From: an uncultured delta proteobacterium
GTDB lineage: Bacteria; Desulfobacterota; RBG-13-43-22
DNA length: 64,000 nucleotides
Assembly: GCA_963802945.1 (NCBI GenBank)
Contig: CAWDKY010000027.1
Location: 96,001-160,000 of the forward strand
Direction: 5' to 3'
Shown here: positions 21,961 to 33,125 of the stretch, piece after piece
Position numbering within the stretch: position 1 is the stretch's first letter
Layout: every line of letters begins with the position of its first letter
Notes under the pieces: model-generated
Seen by the model: the letters and a program-made list of their open reading frames with translations, nothing else
Told to the model about the DNA's origin: nothing
Database searches by the model: none
Program-made: the position numbers and the translations under genes

Positions 21961-23313
21961 CTATGGCTTCGCAAAAGGCCAGACCTGCTTGAAAGCCAAT
22001 TTGGGGAAAAAGCAATAAGGACATTCTTCCGGTGGTTCCGGGCCATAATGGATATAGCCGCACATGCGGCAGCGCCAAGCGATTTGACCGTCCTTTTCCT
22101 TATTATTAGCATCTGCCAAATCCCATTCCCTTAGAATGGGAAGATCTTCCAACGCAGGCATAACCGGCTTATAGGAAAAAAGGGCATGGTTTGAAACAAT
22201 GATGCGCTGTATCTCGCTGGTCCCTTCATAGATACTGAACAGTCGGGTATCGCGAAGGAGTTTTTCAACCGGGAACATCTTGGTATATCCATAGCCTCCG
22301 AAAATCTGCAAGGCGTCGTTCACCACTTCCAGGGCTTTTTCCGAAGAATAAAATTTGGCCATAGAGGCAGACACCGTGGGATTCATCCCCTGATCCGTCT
22401 CCCAGGCCGCTTTCCAGACTAAAAGGCGTGCGGTATCTACCTTTTGATACATGTCGGCGATTTTAAACTGTAGAGTCTGGTAATTGGAAAGGGCTGCCCC
22501 GAAGGTTTGTCGCTTCTTGGCATAATCGATGGCATATTCCATGGCTGCTCGAGCAGCCCCTACGGCGAAAGCACCAATAATAGGCCGCGTCCTGGAGAAA
22601 GTATGCATGGCTAGAACAAACCCTTTCCCAGGAGGGGCCAGGATATTTTCTTTGGGTACACGCACATCCTTTAAATGGATTCCTGCCGTATTGGAACAAC
22701 GTTGCCCCAGCTTAGGGATGGATTTGCCGATCGAAACCCCTTCCCATTTCCGATCGACGAGAAAGGCACAAAGGCCTTGATGCTGGGAAGCCGGATTAAT
22801 TGTGGCGAAGATCACTAAGTAATCGGCTATCCCTGCATTGGTGACCCAGTATTTGGTGCCGTTTAAAATATAGTCCTCTCCATCCTGGGAAGCATTACAG
22901 CGTATTCCTGCTACATCCGATCCCATGGTCGGCTCGGAAGTAGCGAAGCAAATAAGTTTAAATTCTTTGGCTATTTCAGGAAGGATTTTATCCTTGAGTC
23001 TCTCATTATCGGAAAGGATGAGAGGTTCCATGCCAAGAGAATTGTCAAAAATAGAAGTGGCGATCCCCGGACAAGCAGCGGCAATTTCCTCGGTAATCAG
23101 GGCGGCCTCGATCAGTCCAAAACCTTGGCCGCCAAATTTTTTGGGAATGTCGGTGTTCATGATACCGGCCTCAAAAGCTTTTTTCAGGATGAAAAGAGGT
23201 GCTTCATCTTTTTCATCGTAGTACCAAGAAGCCGGCAACACTTCCTTCAAAGCAAATTCCCTGGCCCTGTTTTGAATTTCCAATTGTTCGGGAGTAATAT
23301 TAAAATTTAACAT
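21961..23313 (-). CDS. Acyl-CoA dehydrogenase with C-terminal rubredoxin-like domain
   Basis: SEPTMGSD, NGTKYWVTN, QIFGGYGY, IYEGTSEIQR; tail WRCRMCGY...CPYC; start MLNF. Confidence 0.9.
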   Translation of the reverse strand: MLNFNITPEQLEIQNRAREFALKEVLPASWYYDEKDEAPLFILKKAFEAGIMNTDIPKKFGGQGFGLIEAALITEEIAAACPGIATSIFDNSLGMEPLILSDNERLKDKILPEIAKEFKLICFATSEPTMGSDVAGIRCNASQDGEDYILNGTKYWVTNAGIADYLVIFATINPASQHQGLCAFLVDRKWEGVSIGKSIPKLGQRCSNTAGIHLKDVRVPKENILAPPGKGFVLAMHTFSRTRPIIGAFAVGAARAAMEYAIDYAKKRQTFGAALSNYQTLQFKIADMYQKVDTARLLVWKAAWETDQGMNPTVSASMAKFYSSEKALEVVNDALQIFGGYGYTKMFPVEKLLRDTRLFSIYEGTSEIQRIIVSNHALFSYKPVMPALEDLPILREWDLADANNKEKDGQIAWRCRMCGYIHYGPEPPEECPYCFFPKLAFKQVWPFAKP

Positions 23314-23601
23314 AAACAGTCCTTTCGTTGGCTGAAGAATAACCCCCATTCTATTTTCCGGAACGGCCTTTTAGGCCATATCGGGCTTGTTTCTCTTTGA
23401 GATCAAAGCCGATTTTTTGCTTAGGGGGTGGCAGGCGCGGCTGGTCGAATCACCTCTTGTTCACTAAAAAGATTATTTCATCGATAATTCTGCAGCCTTC
23501 CTTTTCGTTGAAAGGGTTGACAGGAATTCCAATGATTGCGAACCAAAATTGGCGGGGCGAGAGCCTGCCCCTTGATGTTGAAAGGATAAGGACAAAGAGT
23601 G

Positions 23602-24075
23602 TTACCTTTTCTGAGTCGTCAGTTCCTTGCTCAAAAGGCGGAGATGACCCATTTCCTCTTTAATCACATCATCCAGACGGCTGCGTCCTTGTTTTTCGGG
23701 AACCGCCTCCCGCATCCCTAGATAAAAAACAATGGAATCCTTTTCGGCAGTTATGGCCTCCTTTAAAATCGCCTCCATAGAAGAGGTGTCTATTTTCTTT
23801 TCGAAAAAAACGCGGGTATCGGCCAGGGCCTTCAAATAGCCCGCTGCCTCCCCCTCGGGATCAAAGACCGTAGCGGTTTTTTCCGATGCGGTTAACTGGG
23901 AATGCATTTGGGTGAAGATTTTTAGATGGTCATCTTCCATGGCCTCCAAACGGAGTAATAACTCGCGGACATTGTCGTCTTTCGCGGCTTTAGCTGCAAT
24001 GCGGTAGAATTCGGCGCCGTTACGTTCCAACTGTTTCGCTATTTCAAAGATGTCATTGGCATTAAAATCGTACAT
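23602..24075 (-). CDS. Ferritin-like (rubrerythrin family) protein
   Basis: ERNGAEFY, EDDH, EKDSIVFY, EEMGH. Confidence 0.85.
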   Translation of the reverse strand: MYDFNANDIFEIAKQLERNGAEFYRIAAKAAKDDNVRELLLRLEAMEDDHLKIFTQMHSQLTASEKTATVFDPEGEAAGYLKALADTRVFFEKKIDTSSMEAILKEAITAEKDSIVFYLGMREAVPEKQGRSRLDDVIKEEMGHLRLLSKELTTQKR

Positions 24076-24235
24076 TATGACTGTCGACTTCCTTTCTTGC
24101 TTTCCTGGATTTCTTTTGACGTAACGGATTATAAAATAAGGAAAAGATAGGGGTCAAGAAAATAAAATGAAATCCTCTACAAAGGAGTATGAAAAACGAG
24201 TATCCCAACAAGTCACTGATAGTTTGTCTTGCTTT

Positions 24236-25928
24236 TTACCCGGTCTTTTTCTTTTCTTCCTCTACCAGTATCCTGCGCAGGACCTTGCCTATCATGGTTT
24301 TGGGCAGTTCGTTGCGGAACTCGATGGACTTGGGCACTTTGTAGGCCACGAGTTTCTCTCGGCACCAGGCCTGTATTTCCTCGGCGGTGGCTGATTTGCC
24401 CGTTTTAAGCACGACCCAGGCCTTGACGGACTCGCCCTGCTTGGCATCAGGAATACCGGCCACGCTGGCCTCGGCCACGGCCGGGTGAGCACTGATCACC
24501 TCTTCCACCTCGCGCGGCCAAACCTGGAAGCCGCTAGGCTTAATCAGGTCCTTTTTACGCGAGGTGATGAAGAGATAGCCGTCCTCATCCATATAGCCCA
24601 CATCGCCCGTGTACAGCCAGTTGTCGCGCAGCATCTCTTTGGTCTCTTCCGGTTTTTGCCAGTAGCCTATCATCAAGTTCGGTGCGCTGAAAATGATCTC
24701 GCCCTCTTGACCCGGCGGCAGCTCCCCTTTACCGGTATTGATATCGCCGATCCGCACTACCACGTCGGGCAGAGGCAGGCCTACTGAGCCTTCCTTGTAT
24801 TGGCCCATATAAGGACCGACGCAGGCGGCCATGGTGGTCTCCGTCAGGGCATAGCCTTCCAGGATGCGCCCCCCCGTCAGGTCTTCAAAGCGCTTCTTGG
24901 TCTCGGCCAGCAGCGGAGCGGCACCTGAGCAACAGGTCTTCATGGATCTGAAATCGACCTTGCCTGCCTTGACCTTGGGATGTTCCATAAGGTTAATGAA
25001 GAGTGCCGGCACAGCTACGAAGAAGGCCGGCTTGGTGTACTGAATGGTGCCAATCACGTCATCTCGGTCGCGGGGATTGGGCACCAAAGCCAGCGGCATA
25101 TAGGTGACGATCGAGGTGCACATAACAGCGTAGGTTCCAAATGAATGAAAAAGCGGGAGCACAGCGATCACGACGTCTTTATAGGACTCGACATATTTTT
25201 TTAACCCAGGCCTGGAATTGCAGGCCGGTGGCGACCTGGGAGAAATGCGAGCCGACCACGCCCTTGGGTAAGCCGGTAGTGCCTCCGCTGAACAGGATCA
25301 GTGCCGGGTCTTCCGGCTTCACGACCACGTCAGGCCGCTTGGCGCCAGCCTGCTTTCTCATCAAATCCTGCAGCCACAGGTCCTCCTTTTCAATGACAAG
25401 GTGATGGCCTTCTTTCTTTTCCTTCAACAGGGTGAAGAGTACCTTTAACACGGGCGGCAGGTATTCCTTGACGTTGGTGGCAATGATGTTTTTCACCGCT
25501 GTCTTGCTCTGCAGCTTCTTGATTCCCTGGTAGAACGGTGTCAGCACCACTACCGTTTCGGCGCCGCAGTCCTTCAAGGCGTGTTCCATCTCCGCCTCGG
25601 TATAGACGGGGTTCAGGTGAACCAGGATGGCGCCGACTTTCCAGGAACCCCAGCGGCAGATGATGGCTTGCGGGCAATTGGGCATGACCAGGGCCACACG
25701 GTCGCCTTTTTCCACACCCAGCGTAACCAGTGCCGCGGCAAACTCGTCACTCAGCTTATCCACTTCCGCATAGGACATATGCCGTTTTTTAAAGATAAGC
25801 ATATCGGCCTGGGGATTTTCCTTGACCGCCTTATCCACATAATCGACCAGCGTCATTTCAGGATAAGGTTTCAGGGAGTGCGGAACTCCTTCATCATAGC
25901 TTTTCAGCCACCTTTTTTCATCAGCCAA
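24236..25928 (-). CDS. Long-chain fatty-acid CoA ligase, split by one +1 frameshift at A7 run (25196-25202)
   Basis: FSGGTTGLPKG in ORF 25179-25928 continues into EGYALTE, TGD, GKVLR in ORF 24236-25171. Confidence 0.85.
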
Positions 25929-26284
25929 TGGAATTCTCCTTTTGATAGAACTTGCCTTTTGCTGGAAAGAGTATAGGGCAAAAAAAAGACAGCATCAAGG
26001 AGAAAATAAGGCTTTAGGTTTGGGTTGAGACCCTTGGTTTTTTCCCAACGGTTTAATCTCCCACCGACTTTATATCGATTACGTTGGTACTCTTCTGATT
26101 TTCTCAAAATCAAATTTTGAGGATTTCAGGAAGAAGTTACCATCAAACTTGACAATGCCTGTATCGTTAAATCCTGGCTTTCACACTTAAATACTTTCAC
26201 TTTATGCCTGTCTGTGTGAGATGCACAGGCAGGGCGTTTTCTTTTTCTCCTTGATCCGCCCTGTTACCTGTTTTATACTTTCTC

Positions 26285-26480
26285 TAAACCCTCATGCCCC
26301 GCTAGGGGCGTGACACCACGAAGGATGAAAATACTGACTTCCTAGAGAATAGTGTGTCATTCCGGCGAAAGCCGGAATCCAAGTAAATTAATGCGTCAAA
26401 TAACCTGGATGCCGGATCAAGTCTGGCATGACGGGGAACAAGTCACTCAACAGGTAAATTTGGAGTTATTTTCGTATTAA
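26285..26480. repeat. Dispersed miniature repeat with nested REP-like double hairpin (26356-26432)
   Basis: TAAACC.TCATGCCCC...GGGGCGTGACACCACG...AAATA and TTATTTTCGTATTAA end shared with 47707-47788; inside GTCATTCCGGCGAAAGCCGGAATCC...CTGGATGCCGGATCAAGTCTGGCATGAC. Confidence 0.7.
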
Positions 26481-26497
26481 ATATTAAAGGAGATTTT

Positions 26498-29245
26498 ATG
26501 ACCAATCATTCTCAATAATTCCGATTCGTGTTGGCCTCTCGGTACACCCCCGCTTATCGGCACAAAGATACCCGAGAGCATGCAGGCCCTGACCATTCAC
26601 CGAAACGATTACGGCCCGCCCAAAAAGGTGATCCGGCTGGAAACGGTTCCAACCCCCAAGTTGAGGGAAAACGATGCCGGTCGTGTTCTGGCGGCGGTTC
26701 TGGCTTCGGGACCCAATTATAATACCAATTTCGCCGCCCTGGGACTTCCGGTCCCAGTTTTCGGCCGAGGAGATTCGGCAACCATCCATATCCCCGGCAG
26801 TGATGCCCTGGGGATCGTGGTGGATGCCGGTTCCGCAGTCACCCGGGTCAAGGTCGGCCAGGCTGTTATCCTGGACTCCTGGACCGGCCGGAACATTCGC
26901 GGCTATGAAACCCATGACGGATTTAACGCCCAATTCACCGTAGTCGATGAGGAGCGAGCCATCCCCATCCCGGAAACCTTGCGTGAGCATTCCCCAGAGA
27001 GCCTGGCAGCTATGCTCCTGACCTATGCGACGGCTTATCGGGCCATCATTGAACGCCTAAGAGTCAGACCGGGCGATTCGGTCCTAATTATGGGCGGCGG
27101 GAAGGGAACGAGTTTCGCCGGCAGCCCAATTGGCCAAGGCCCAAGGGGCCCGTGTAATTCTCATGGGCAGCAATCCCACCCTGGTCAGCCATTTGATTTC
27201 CCGCGGCCTGGCTGACGCCTTCGTGGACCGCCGGGCCTTTGACCCGGCCGTGTTTGGGGTCATCGAACAGAAACTCTCCCGGTCGAAATGGGAGCGACAG
27301 ACCGAATCGTTTCGCCGGGCCATTCGTAAGGCTAATAACGGCCGCTTGGTGGATAAGGTATTCGAACATACCGGAGGAGAAAATTTTCCCTTACTGATCT
27401 CCGCCCTGGCCCCCGGCGGCACACTGGCCTTCTTCGGGGCTACCGGCAAGGGGCTGAAAGGCGAATACAAGGAAACCTTCTTTTATGAAGGCCGCCGTTT
27501 CGTCATGGATGCGCGCTGGGTCTGGATGCGTCAGAAACAGGTCCTATTTCCGCCGCGGTTCGGCGGAGCGAATTTTAGAAGCAGCGGGTTTGCTTCCGGG
27601 CCGGCGTGTGCTGGTCTGGGGAGCCGACCCATACGCCCGGGCATTTATCCGGGCGGCCTTGAACCGATCGGCCAAAGTGGCGGTCATCGCCTCCCAAACC
27701 AGAGAAAAAAAAGGAATCGCCCAAGTGATCCGAATGGGCATCCATTCCGATCACATCCTGGACCGAGATGGTTTCCTGCTGCCCGAAGACATGCCCGACC
27801 CGCTGACTGAAAAGGGTGAACCCAATCCGGTGTATGGTTCGGAATATATGAAGCATGCCCAGGCGCTCGGCAAGTCCCTATGGACTATATTCGGACCTCG
27901 CCAAAACCCGGACCTGGTTGTGGAGAGGACCGATCAAAGCACCCTGCACTTCAGCACCTTTGTGGCCCGCGACTTCGATGAGAAAGATGTGATGCCTTGC
28001 GGCATTGTGGTGGCCCGAGGCGAGTCCGACCTTTCGATCCGCGGATCGCATATGTTTTCCTCCGCGCAAACTGCCGATGTGGTACGCCTGCTCTCCTCAG
28101 GTACCTTGGTGATGGAACAGGAGGACCTGGAGATAACCGATCTGCCGGGGCTTGCCGGTCTTCAACAGAGAATGTTGGACGGGGTCATGAAAAAGCCTAA
28201 GGGAGTGGCCCTGGTCCAGGCCGATCGCTCAGGCCGCACCATAGCTGACTATGAATCGGCCTTCCGGGGTGAAGCGGTTATGAAGGCCGATCCGGCTGAA
28301 AACCGGTTGATCGACGTCCGGTTGATAAAGGAAGTAGCCCTGGTGACGCTTTGCCGGCCAGAGGCACTGAACGCCTTAAACGATGCCCTGGTCTCCCAGT
28401 TAAGGGATCTGGTCCAGGAGGTCGCGGCTAAGAAGGCCATTTCAAACAGGCCAGTCAAAGCCATCATTATCACCGGGGCCGGGCGGTCTTTTGTGGCCGG
28501 GGCGGACGTGAATGCCTTTCGCGGCAGTCCGGATACCATTGGGGGCTTTGCCCGTAAAAACATCGGCGTCTTTTCGGATTTGGAAAAGCTGACCATACCC
28601 GTGATCGCATTGATTGACGGCTTCGGGCTGGGCGGTGGAAACGAATTGGCCATGAGCACGGATTATCGGATCGTCACCGAGAACGCCCAACTGGGACAGC
28701 CGGAAGTTAAACTGGGTATCATCCCAGGCTATGGAGGCTTACAGCGCCTGCCCCGGCTTATCGGCCCGACCAAGGCAGCCGAGATGTGCATCAATGGCGA
28801 GCCGATCAATAGTTTTGAGGCCGTGGAGATTGGGCTAGCCGATGAATTCGTCCCATCGTCAACTGCTTTGCCGCGGGCCTTTGACATAGCCCGCGAGTTT
28901 ATTGAGGGGCAGCGGCCCATACCGCCTAAAGATTGGGATGTCCGCGGGGCCAAACAGCAGGACGAGTTGAAGGCCCTTTTATCCCGGCCTGTTGTCTGCG
29001 AGTTAATGGCTGCTCCTACACCAACCCTAAGCGAGGCCGGGAATCTGCGGGCCGCACGGATGGCTTCGGCCAGGGATACGCTTACGGCCATACAGTACGG
29101 GTACGAGCACGGGTTTGAGCAAGGTCTTGGTAACGACGCCATACTTTTCGGACGGATCGCCGCCTCGCCCGGCGGTCAGGAGTGGATCGACCGCTTCCTG
29201 GCCAAGGACCCCCTTCAGGGCTCGTTTTTGACCCTGTTGCCATAG
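26498..29245 (+). CDS. Enoyl-CoA reductase (MDR-type) / enoyl-CoA hydratase fusion, about 914 aa, interrupted by three +1 frameshifts
   Basis: RBS AAGGAG-ATG at 26498; ORFs 26580, 27130 and 27485 join on removing single bases near 26504, 27120 and 27549; MDR motifs PGSDALG and GGGKGTS; crotonase motifs FVAGADV, GGGNELA, GQPEVKLG. Confidence 0.8.
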
Positions 29246-29270
29246 GCTGGTTTTCTAGAGTTCTAAACTT

Positions 29271-29366
29271 GAGACCTTTGAAAAAGGAATACGTTTAGTA
29301 TTTTGAGGATTAAAATTTGAGTCTGACGAAGAGATTGGGCAAAAGGGGACGTTTTTCAAAGGTCTC
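29271..29366. mobile_element. 96-bp MITE with 15-bp TIR and 5-bp target duplication
   Basis: GAGACCTTTGAAAAA...TTTTTCAAAGGTCTC flanked by AACTT on both sides. Confidence 0.85.
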
Positions 29367-29408
29367 AACTTGACCCTTAGATACAAGTATTAAGCAGGAG
29401 GCTTTTTT

Positions 29409-30962
29409 ATGGTTTGGAAACCGGAAATTGATGAGCTAAAACGTCGACATCGACTTGCCGAGCAAATGGGAGGTCCGGAAGCGGTTGCCCGTCACCATGC
29501 CCGCGGCAAACTAACCGTGCGGGAGCGAGTTGCTGCCTTAGCCGATCCGGGCTCCTTCCAGGAAATAGGGGCCCTGGCCGGCAGCGCTGTTTATGATGGC
29601 GATAAATTGGTGGACTTTACACCAGCCAATGCAGTAGTGGGTTTTTGCAGTTTGGACGGAAGAAAGGTGGTTGTCAGCGGTGGAGACTTTACTGTCCGGG
29701 GCGGTGCAGCAGATGCATCCGTGGGGCGAAAACAGTATTTTGCCCAGAAGATAGCCTATGAATGGCGGTTGCCTTATATTCGTCTTCTTGACGCCACCGG
29801 AGGCAGTGTGCGCACCTTCGAGCAGTTGGGTCGTACCTATATTCCCGATAACCCCGGAACGTTGACCGCCCAACGCCTGCTCAGCACAGTACCGGTGGTC
29901 TCGGCCGTTTTGGGTTCTGTGGCCGGACTGCCGGCAGTAGAGGCCTGTCTGGCCCATTTCAACTTGATGGTCAAAGGGACCACCCAGGTTTTTGCCGGTG
30001 GACCTCCGGTAGTCAAGGCCGCACTGAATTATGATATCACCAAAGAAGAGCTGGGGGATGAGCGGACACAAGTATATCAGAGCGGGGTTATTGACAACCT
30101 GGCAAAAGATGAAAAAGAGGCCTTCCAGATGATTCGGCGCTTTCTCAGTTACCTGCCCGAAAGTGTTTGGGAGATGCCGCCGCGAACCGAACCTCCCGAC
30201 GACCCCAACCGCCGTGAGGAAAAGCTCCTTTCAGCCATACCTAGAGAAACTAAAAAACCGTACAACCCCTACAAGATTCTGAAATATATCTTGGATAAAG
30301 ATTCGTTTTTTGAGATTGCCCCCTTGTATGGGCGGGCGCGCATTATCGGCCTGGCCAGAGTGAATGGCTATCCGGTGGGGGTTATGATCAACAACCCCAT
30401 GTTTCTGGGCGGTTCGATGGATGTGGCCGCCGGAGATAAGGTTAGCCGCTTCATGCAACTATGTAATACCTTCCATCTGCCCATGATCTATTTTGCCGAC
30501 GAGCCCGGATTTATGGTCGGTCTGGATGCCCAAAAACAAGGCATTGTGCGGGCCGGGGCCAGGATTGTTTGCGTTCTTTGCGAAACGCAGATGCCCTGGA
30601 TAACCTTCGTCATCCGCCAGCTTTATGGTGTAGCCGGTGGATTGCATCTGCGATTCGGAGGCATGTATTGCCGCTATGCCTGGCCTTCCGCCAACTGGGG
30701 TTCCATGCATATTGAAGGAGGGGCTACGGCCGCCTACCGTCGGGAGATTCAGGCCGCAGCCGACCCCGAAGCCAAGCGTGATGAGATTGAAGCCCGTCTT
30801 AAGGCCATTGCTTCTCCCTTCAGGACCGCCGAGGCCTTTAATATCGAGGACATTATTGACCCGCGGGATACCCGCTCGTTACTATGCGATTTTGTCGAGA
30901 TGGCCCAAAAAGAAATAAAGAGGCAACTCGGGCCGGTGCCCGGTTACAGCTACCGTCCCTAA
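29409..30962 (+). CDS. Acyl-CoA carboxylase carboxyltransferase (beta-like) subunit
   Basis: GKLTVRER, DFTVRGG, GPPVV, DEPGFMVG, IIDPRDTR. Confidence 0.9.
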   Translation: MVWKPEIDELKRRHRLAEQMGGPEAVARHHARGKLTVRERVAALADPGSFQEIGALAGSAVYDGDKLVDFTPANAVVGFCSLDGRKVVVSGGDFTVRGGAADASVGRKQYFAQKIAYEWRLPYIRLLDATGGSVRTFEQLGRTYIPDNPGTLTAQRLLSTVPVVSAVLGSVAGLPAVEACLAHFNLMVKGTTQVFAGGPPVVKAALNYDITKEELGDERTQVYQSGVIDNLAKDEKEAFQMIRRFLSYLPESVWEMPPRTEPPDDPNRREEKLLSAIPRETKKPYNPYKILKYILDKDSFFEIAPLYGRARIIGLARVNGYPVGVMINNPMFLGGSMDVAAGDKVSRFMQLCNTFHLPMIYFADEPGFMVGLDAQKQGIVRAGARIVCVLCETQMPWITFVIRQLYGVAGGLHLRFGGMYCRYAWPSANWGSMHIEGGATAAYRREIQAAADPEAKRDEIEARLKAIASPFRTAEAFNIEDIIDPRDTRSLLCDFVEMAQKEIKRQLGPVPGYSYRP

Positions 30963-30983
30963 AAAATTTTCCAAGGGGGTATA

Positions 30984-31658
30984 TTGGGCCAAAAGAAAAT
31001 CACCGGGATGGATATCGATCGGGCCAAAAAGATTCAAAATAGGCTCAGACAAAAACTGAGAATAATTCCACTTGGGAAAAAAATTAGAACTATTGCCGGG
31101 GTGGATGCGGCCTTTGGAGAAGATCGGATTATCGGGACCGCCTGTTTGTTTAGTTTTCCAGATTTGAAATTCCTCGAAGAAGCCTGGGCCATAAAAAAAA
31201 TTTCTTTCCCATATATACCCGGATATTTGTCTTTTCGGGAGGTCCCCGTTGTACTGGCGGCCCTAAAAAAATTGACCGTCAAACCGGATCTGATCCTGGT
31301 TGACGGGCAGGGAATCGCCCATCCAAGAAGAATGGGAATTGCCTCTCACTTGGGGGTGCTTTGGAATGTACCGACGATAGGCTGTGCCAAGTCAAGATTG
31401 GTTGGGACCTACCAAGAACCGGGGATGAAAAAAGGAGACTGGTCTCCTCTAAAACTGGATCAGGAAGTGGTCGGAGCGGTTTTAAGAACCCGAGAAAGGG
31501 TGAGTCCCTTATTTATCTCTCCCGGCCATAAGATCGAACTTCCCGAATCCATAAGCATCGTATTGAAGTCCACCACGGTTTTTCGCATATCCGAACCGCT
31601 ACGAAGGGCAGATCAACTTTCAAACATTATCAAACGGGACTTAAAGACAAAGAAATAA
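30984..31658 (+). CDS. nfi: Endonuclease V
   Basis: AGVDA, FPYIPGYLSFRE, DGQGIAHPRRMGIASHLG. Confidence 0.95.
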   Translation: MGQKKITGMDIDRAKKIQNRLRQKLRIIPLGKKIRTIAGVDAAFGEDRIIGTACLFSFPDLKFLEEAWAIKKISFPYIPGYLSFREVPVVLAALKKLTVKPDLILVDGQGIAHPRRMGIASHLGVLWNVPTIGCAKSRLVGTYQEPGMKKGDWSPLKLDQEVVGAVLRTRERVSPLFISPGHKIELPESISIVLKSTTVFRISEPLRRADQLSNIIKRDLKTKK

Positions 31659-31845
31659 GGTCTGCCCTTGTTTTCTATTTTAAATCGACGCCATCTCATA
31701 AAAAAATGTAATCTTCGTGAGTGTGTTTTTTTACCATCCTTCTGGGGCATCGGAGTTCCAAGAAATGGCCAAGTGGGAGTCCCCGCCTTCCCAAAGATCA
31801 GGGTGGGTCGGCTACGATAACTAACTTCGCCGCCGTCGTCAAATA

Positions 31846-32913
31846 CTATCTGTGAACCTTCTCTTTATCACTCACCCCGGCCGAGCCAAAGGTGGCCATC
31901 TCGTTGTAGATCTTGACCGCTGCCTCAATAATGGTCATGGCCAGGGCCGCACCAGTGCCTTCTCCCAGGCGCATCTTTAGGTCCAGAATGGGTTCTACGT
32001 TGAAGAGCCGCAGAAAAAGGGCGTGTCCAGCCTCTTCGGACAGGTGACTGAAAAAAAGATAATCCCGCACGGGCGGGCATAACCTGCAAGCCGCCAAGGC
32101 CCCGGCCGAAGAGATAAATCCATCCACGACCACCGGTACATGAGCTGAAGCCGCACCCAGACAAAGGCCGCAGATCCCGGCAATCTCCAATCCCCCCAAG
32201 GCGGCCAGGGTGCTGAGCGGATCGGTCAGTCTGTCCTTATTAACTTTCAACGCCTTTTTAATGACTTCAATTTTTTTGATTAGCCGGATATCATCAATAC
32301 CGGTCCCGCGGCCGGTGATATCTTCCACCGGACAAGGAAGTAAAGCGGCAAACAGGGCCGAAGAAGGAGTGGTGTTGGCAATGCCCATTTCTCCGGTCCC
32401 CATCAGGGTTACGCCCTCTTGCACCGCAGATTGGGCCAGGTCGATCCCAACTTCTATGGTCTGCGTTGCTTCTGCCAGGGTCATAGCCGACCCTTTGGCG
32501 ATATTTGCGGTGCCGGATTTAACCTTGCGGCGAATAAGATTGGGGGCATCGGTCAAAGGATCATCCACCCCAATGTCGATTACAGCAACTTCCGCCCCGG
32601 CCTGTTTGGCCAGAACATTGACAGCAGCGCCGCCGGCCAGCATATTTCTGACCATCTGGGGAGTCACCTCTTTAGGATAGGCGGAAACGCCTTCTTCAGC
32701 TACCCCGTGATCCCCGGCGAAGGTAAAAATCTTTTTTCGGCCAATAGTTGGCTTGATCGAATTAGTAATCAGACAATATTGAGCCGCCAGGTCTTCGATC
32801 CGTCCCAAACTGTTGGGTGGCTTTGTCAATTGATCCAGATGATTCCTTATGGACGGTTCGAGAGATCGATCAACGGGTTTGATGGATTTGATGGTTTGGG
32901 TTAGTTTATTCAT
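31846..32913 (-). CDS. cobT: Nicotinate-nucleotide:dimethylbenzimidazole phosphoribosyltransferase
   Basis: [27 protein letters not shown]. Confidence 0.95.
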   Translation of the reverse strand: MNKLTQTIKSIKPVDRSLEPSIRNHLDQLTKPPNSLGRIEDLAAQYCLITNSIKPTIGRKKIFTFAGDHGVAEEGVSAYPKEVTPQMVRNMLAGGAAVNVLAKQAGAEVAVIDIGVDDPLTDAPNLIRRKVKSGTANIAKGSAMTLAEATQTIEVGIDLAQSAVQEGVTLMGTGEMGIANTTPSSALFAALLPCPVEDITGRGTGIDDIRLIKKIEVIKKALKVNKDRLTDPLSTLAALGGLEIAGICGLCLGAASAHVPVVVDGFISSAGALAACRLCPPVRDYLFFSHLSEEAGHALFLRLFNVEPILDLKMRLGEGTGAALAMTIIEAAVKIYNEMATFGSAGVSDKEKVHR

Positions 32914-33125
32914 GCTTTCCTCTAAATAATATTTTTTGCTCTCCCCCCTCCACTGTCTCAGTCAAAGGGTATCGGGCTGGTTTGAAGTTTAATTTATTCC
33001 TTGAAGAAGGAACCTTAGGCGATGTCTGCCTTAAAAAATCCAAAATGGCTCCTGTCCGCAATTGGCTCTCTAATCCACCTCAACTATATATTCACTTTAT
33101 AAAAAAGGGTGCTGAACCTTAAAAG

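Noticed and set aside
25196-25202. Programmed frameshift or phase variation at A7
   Set aside because: Five other +1 shifts nearby lack slippery sites, which favours sequencing error
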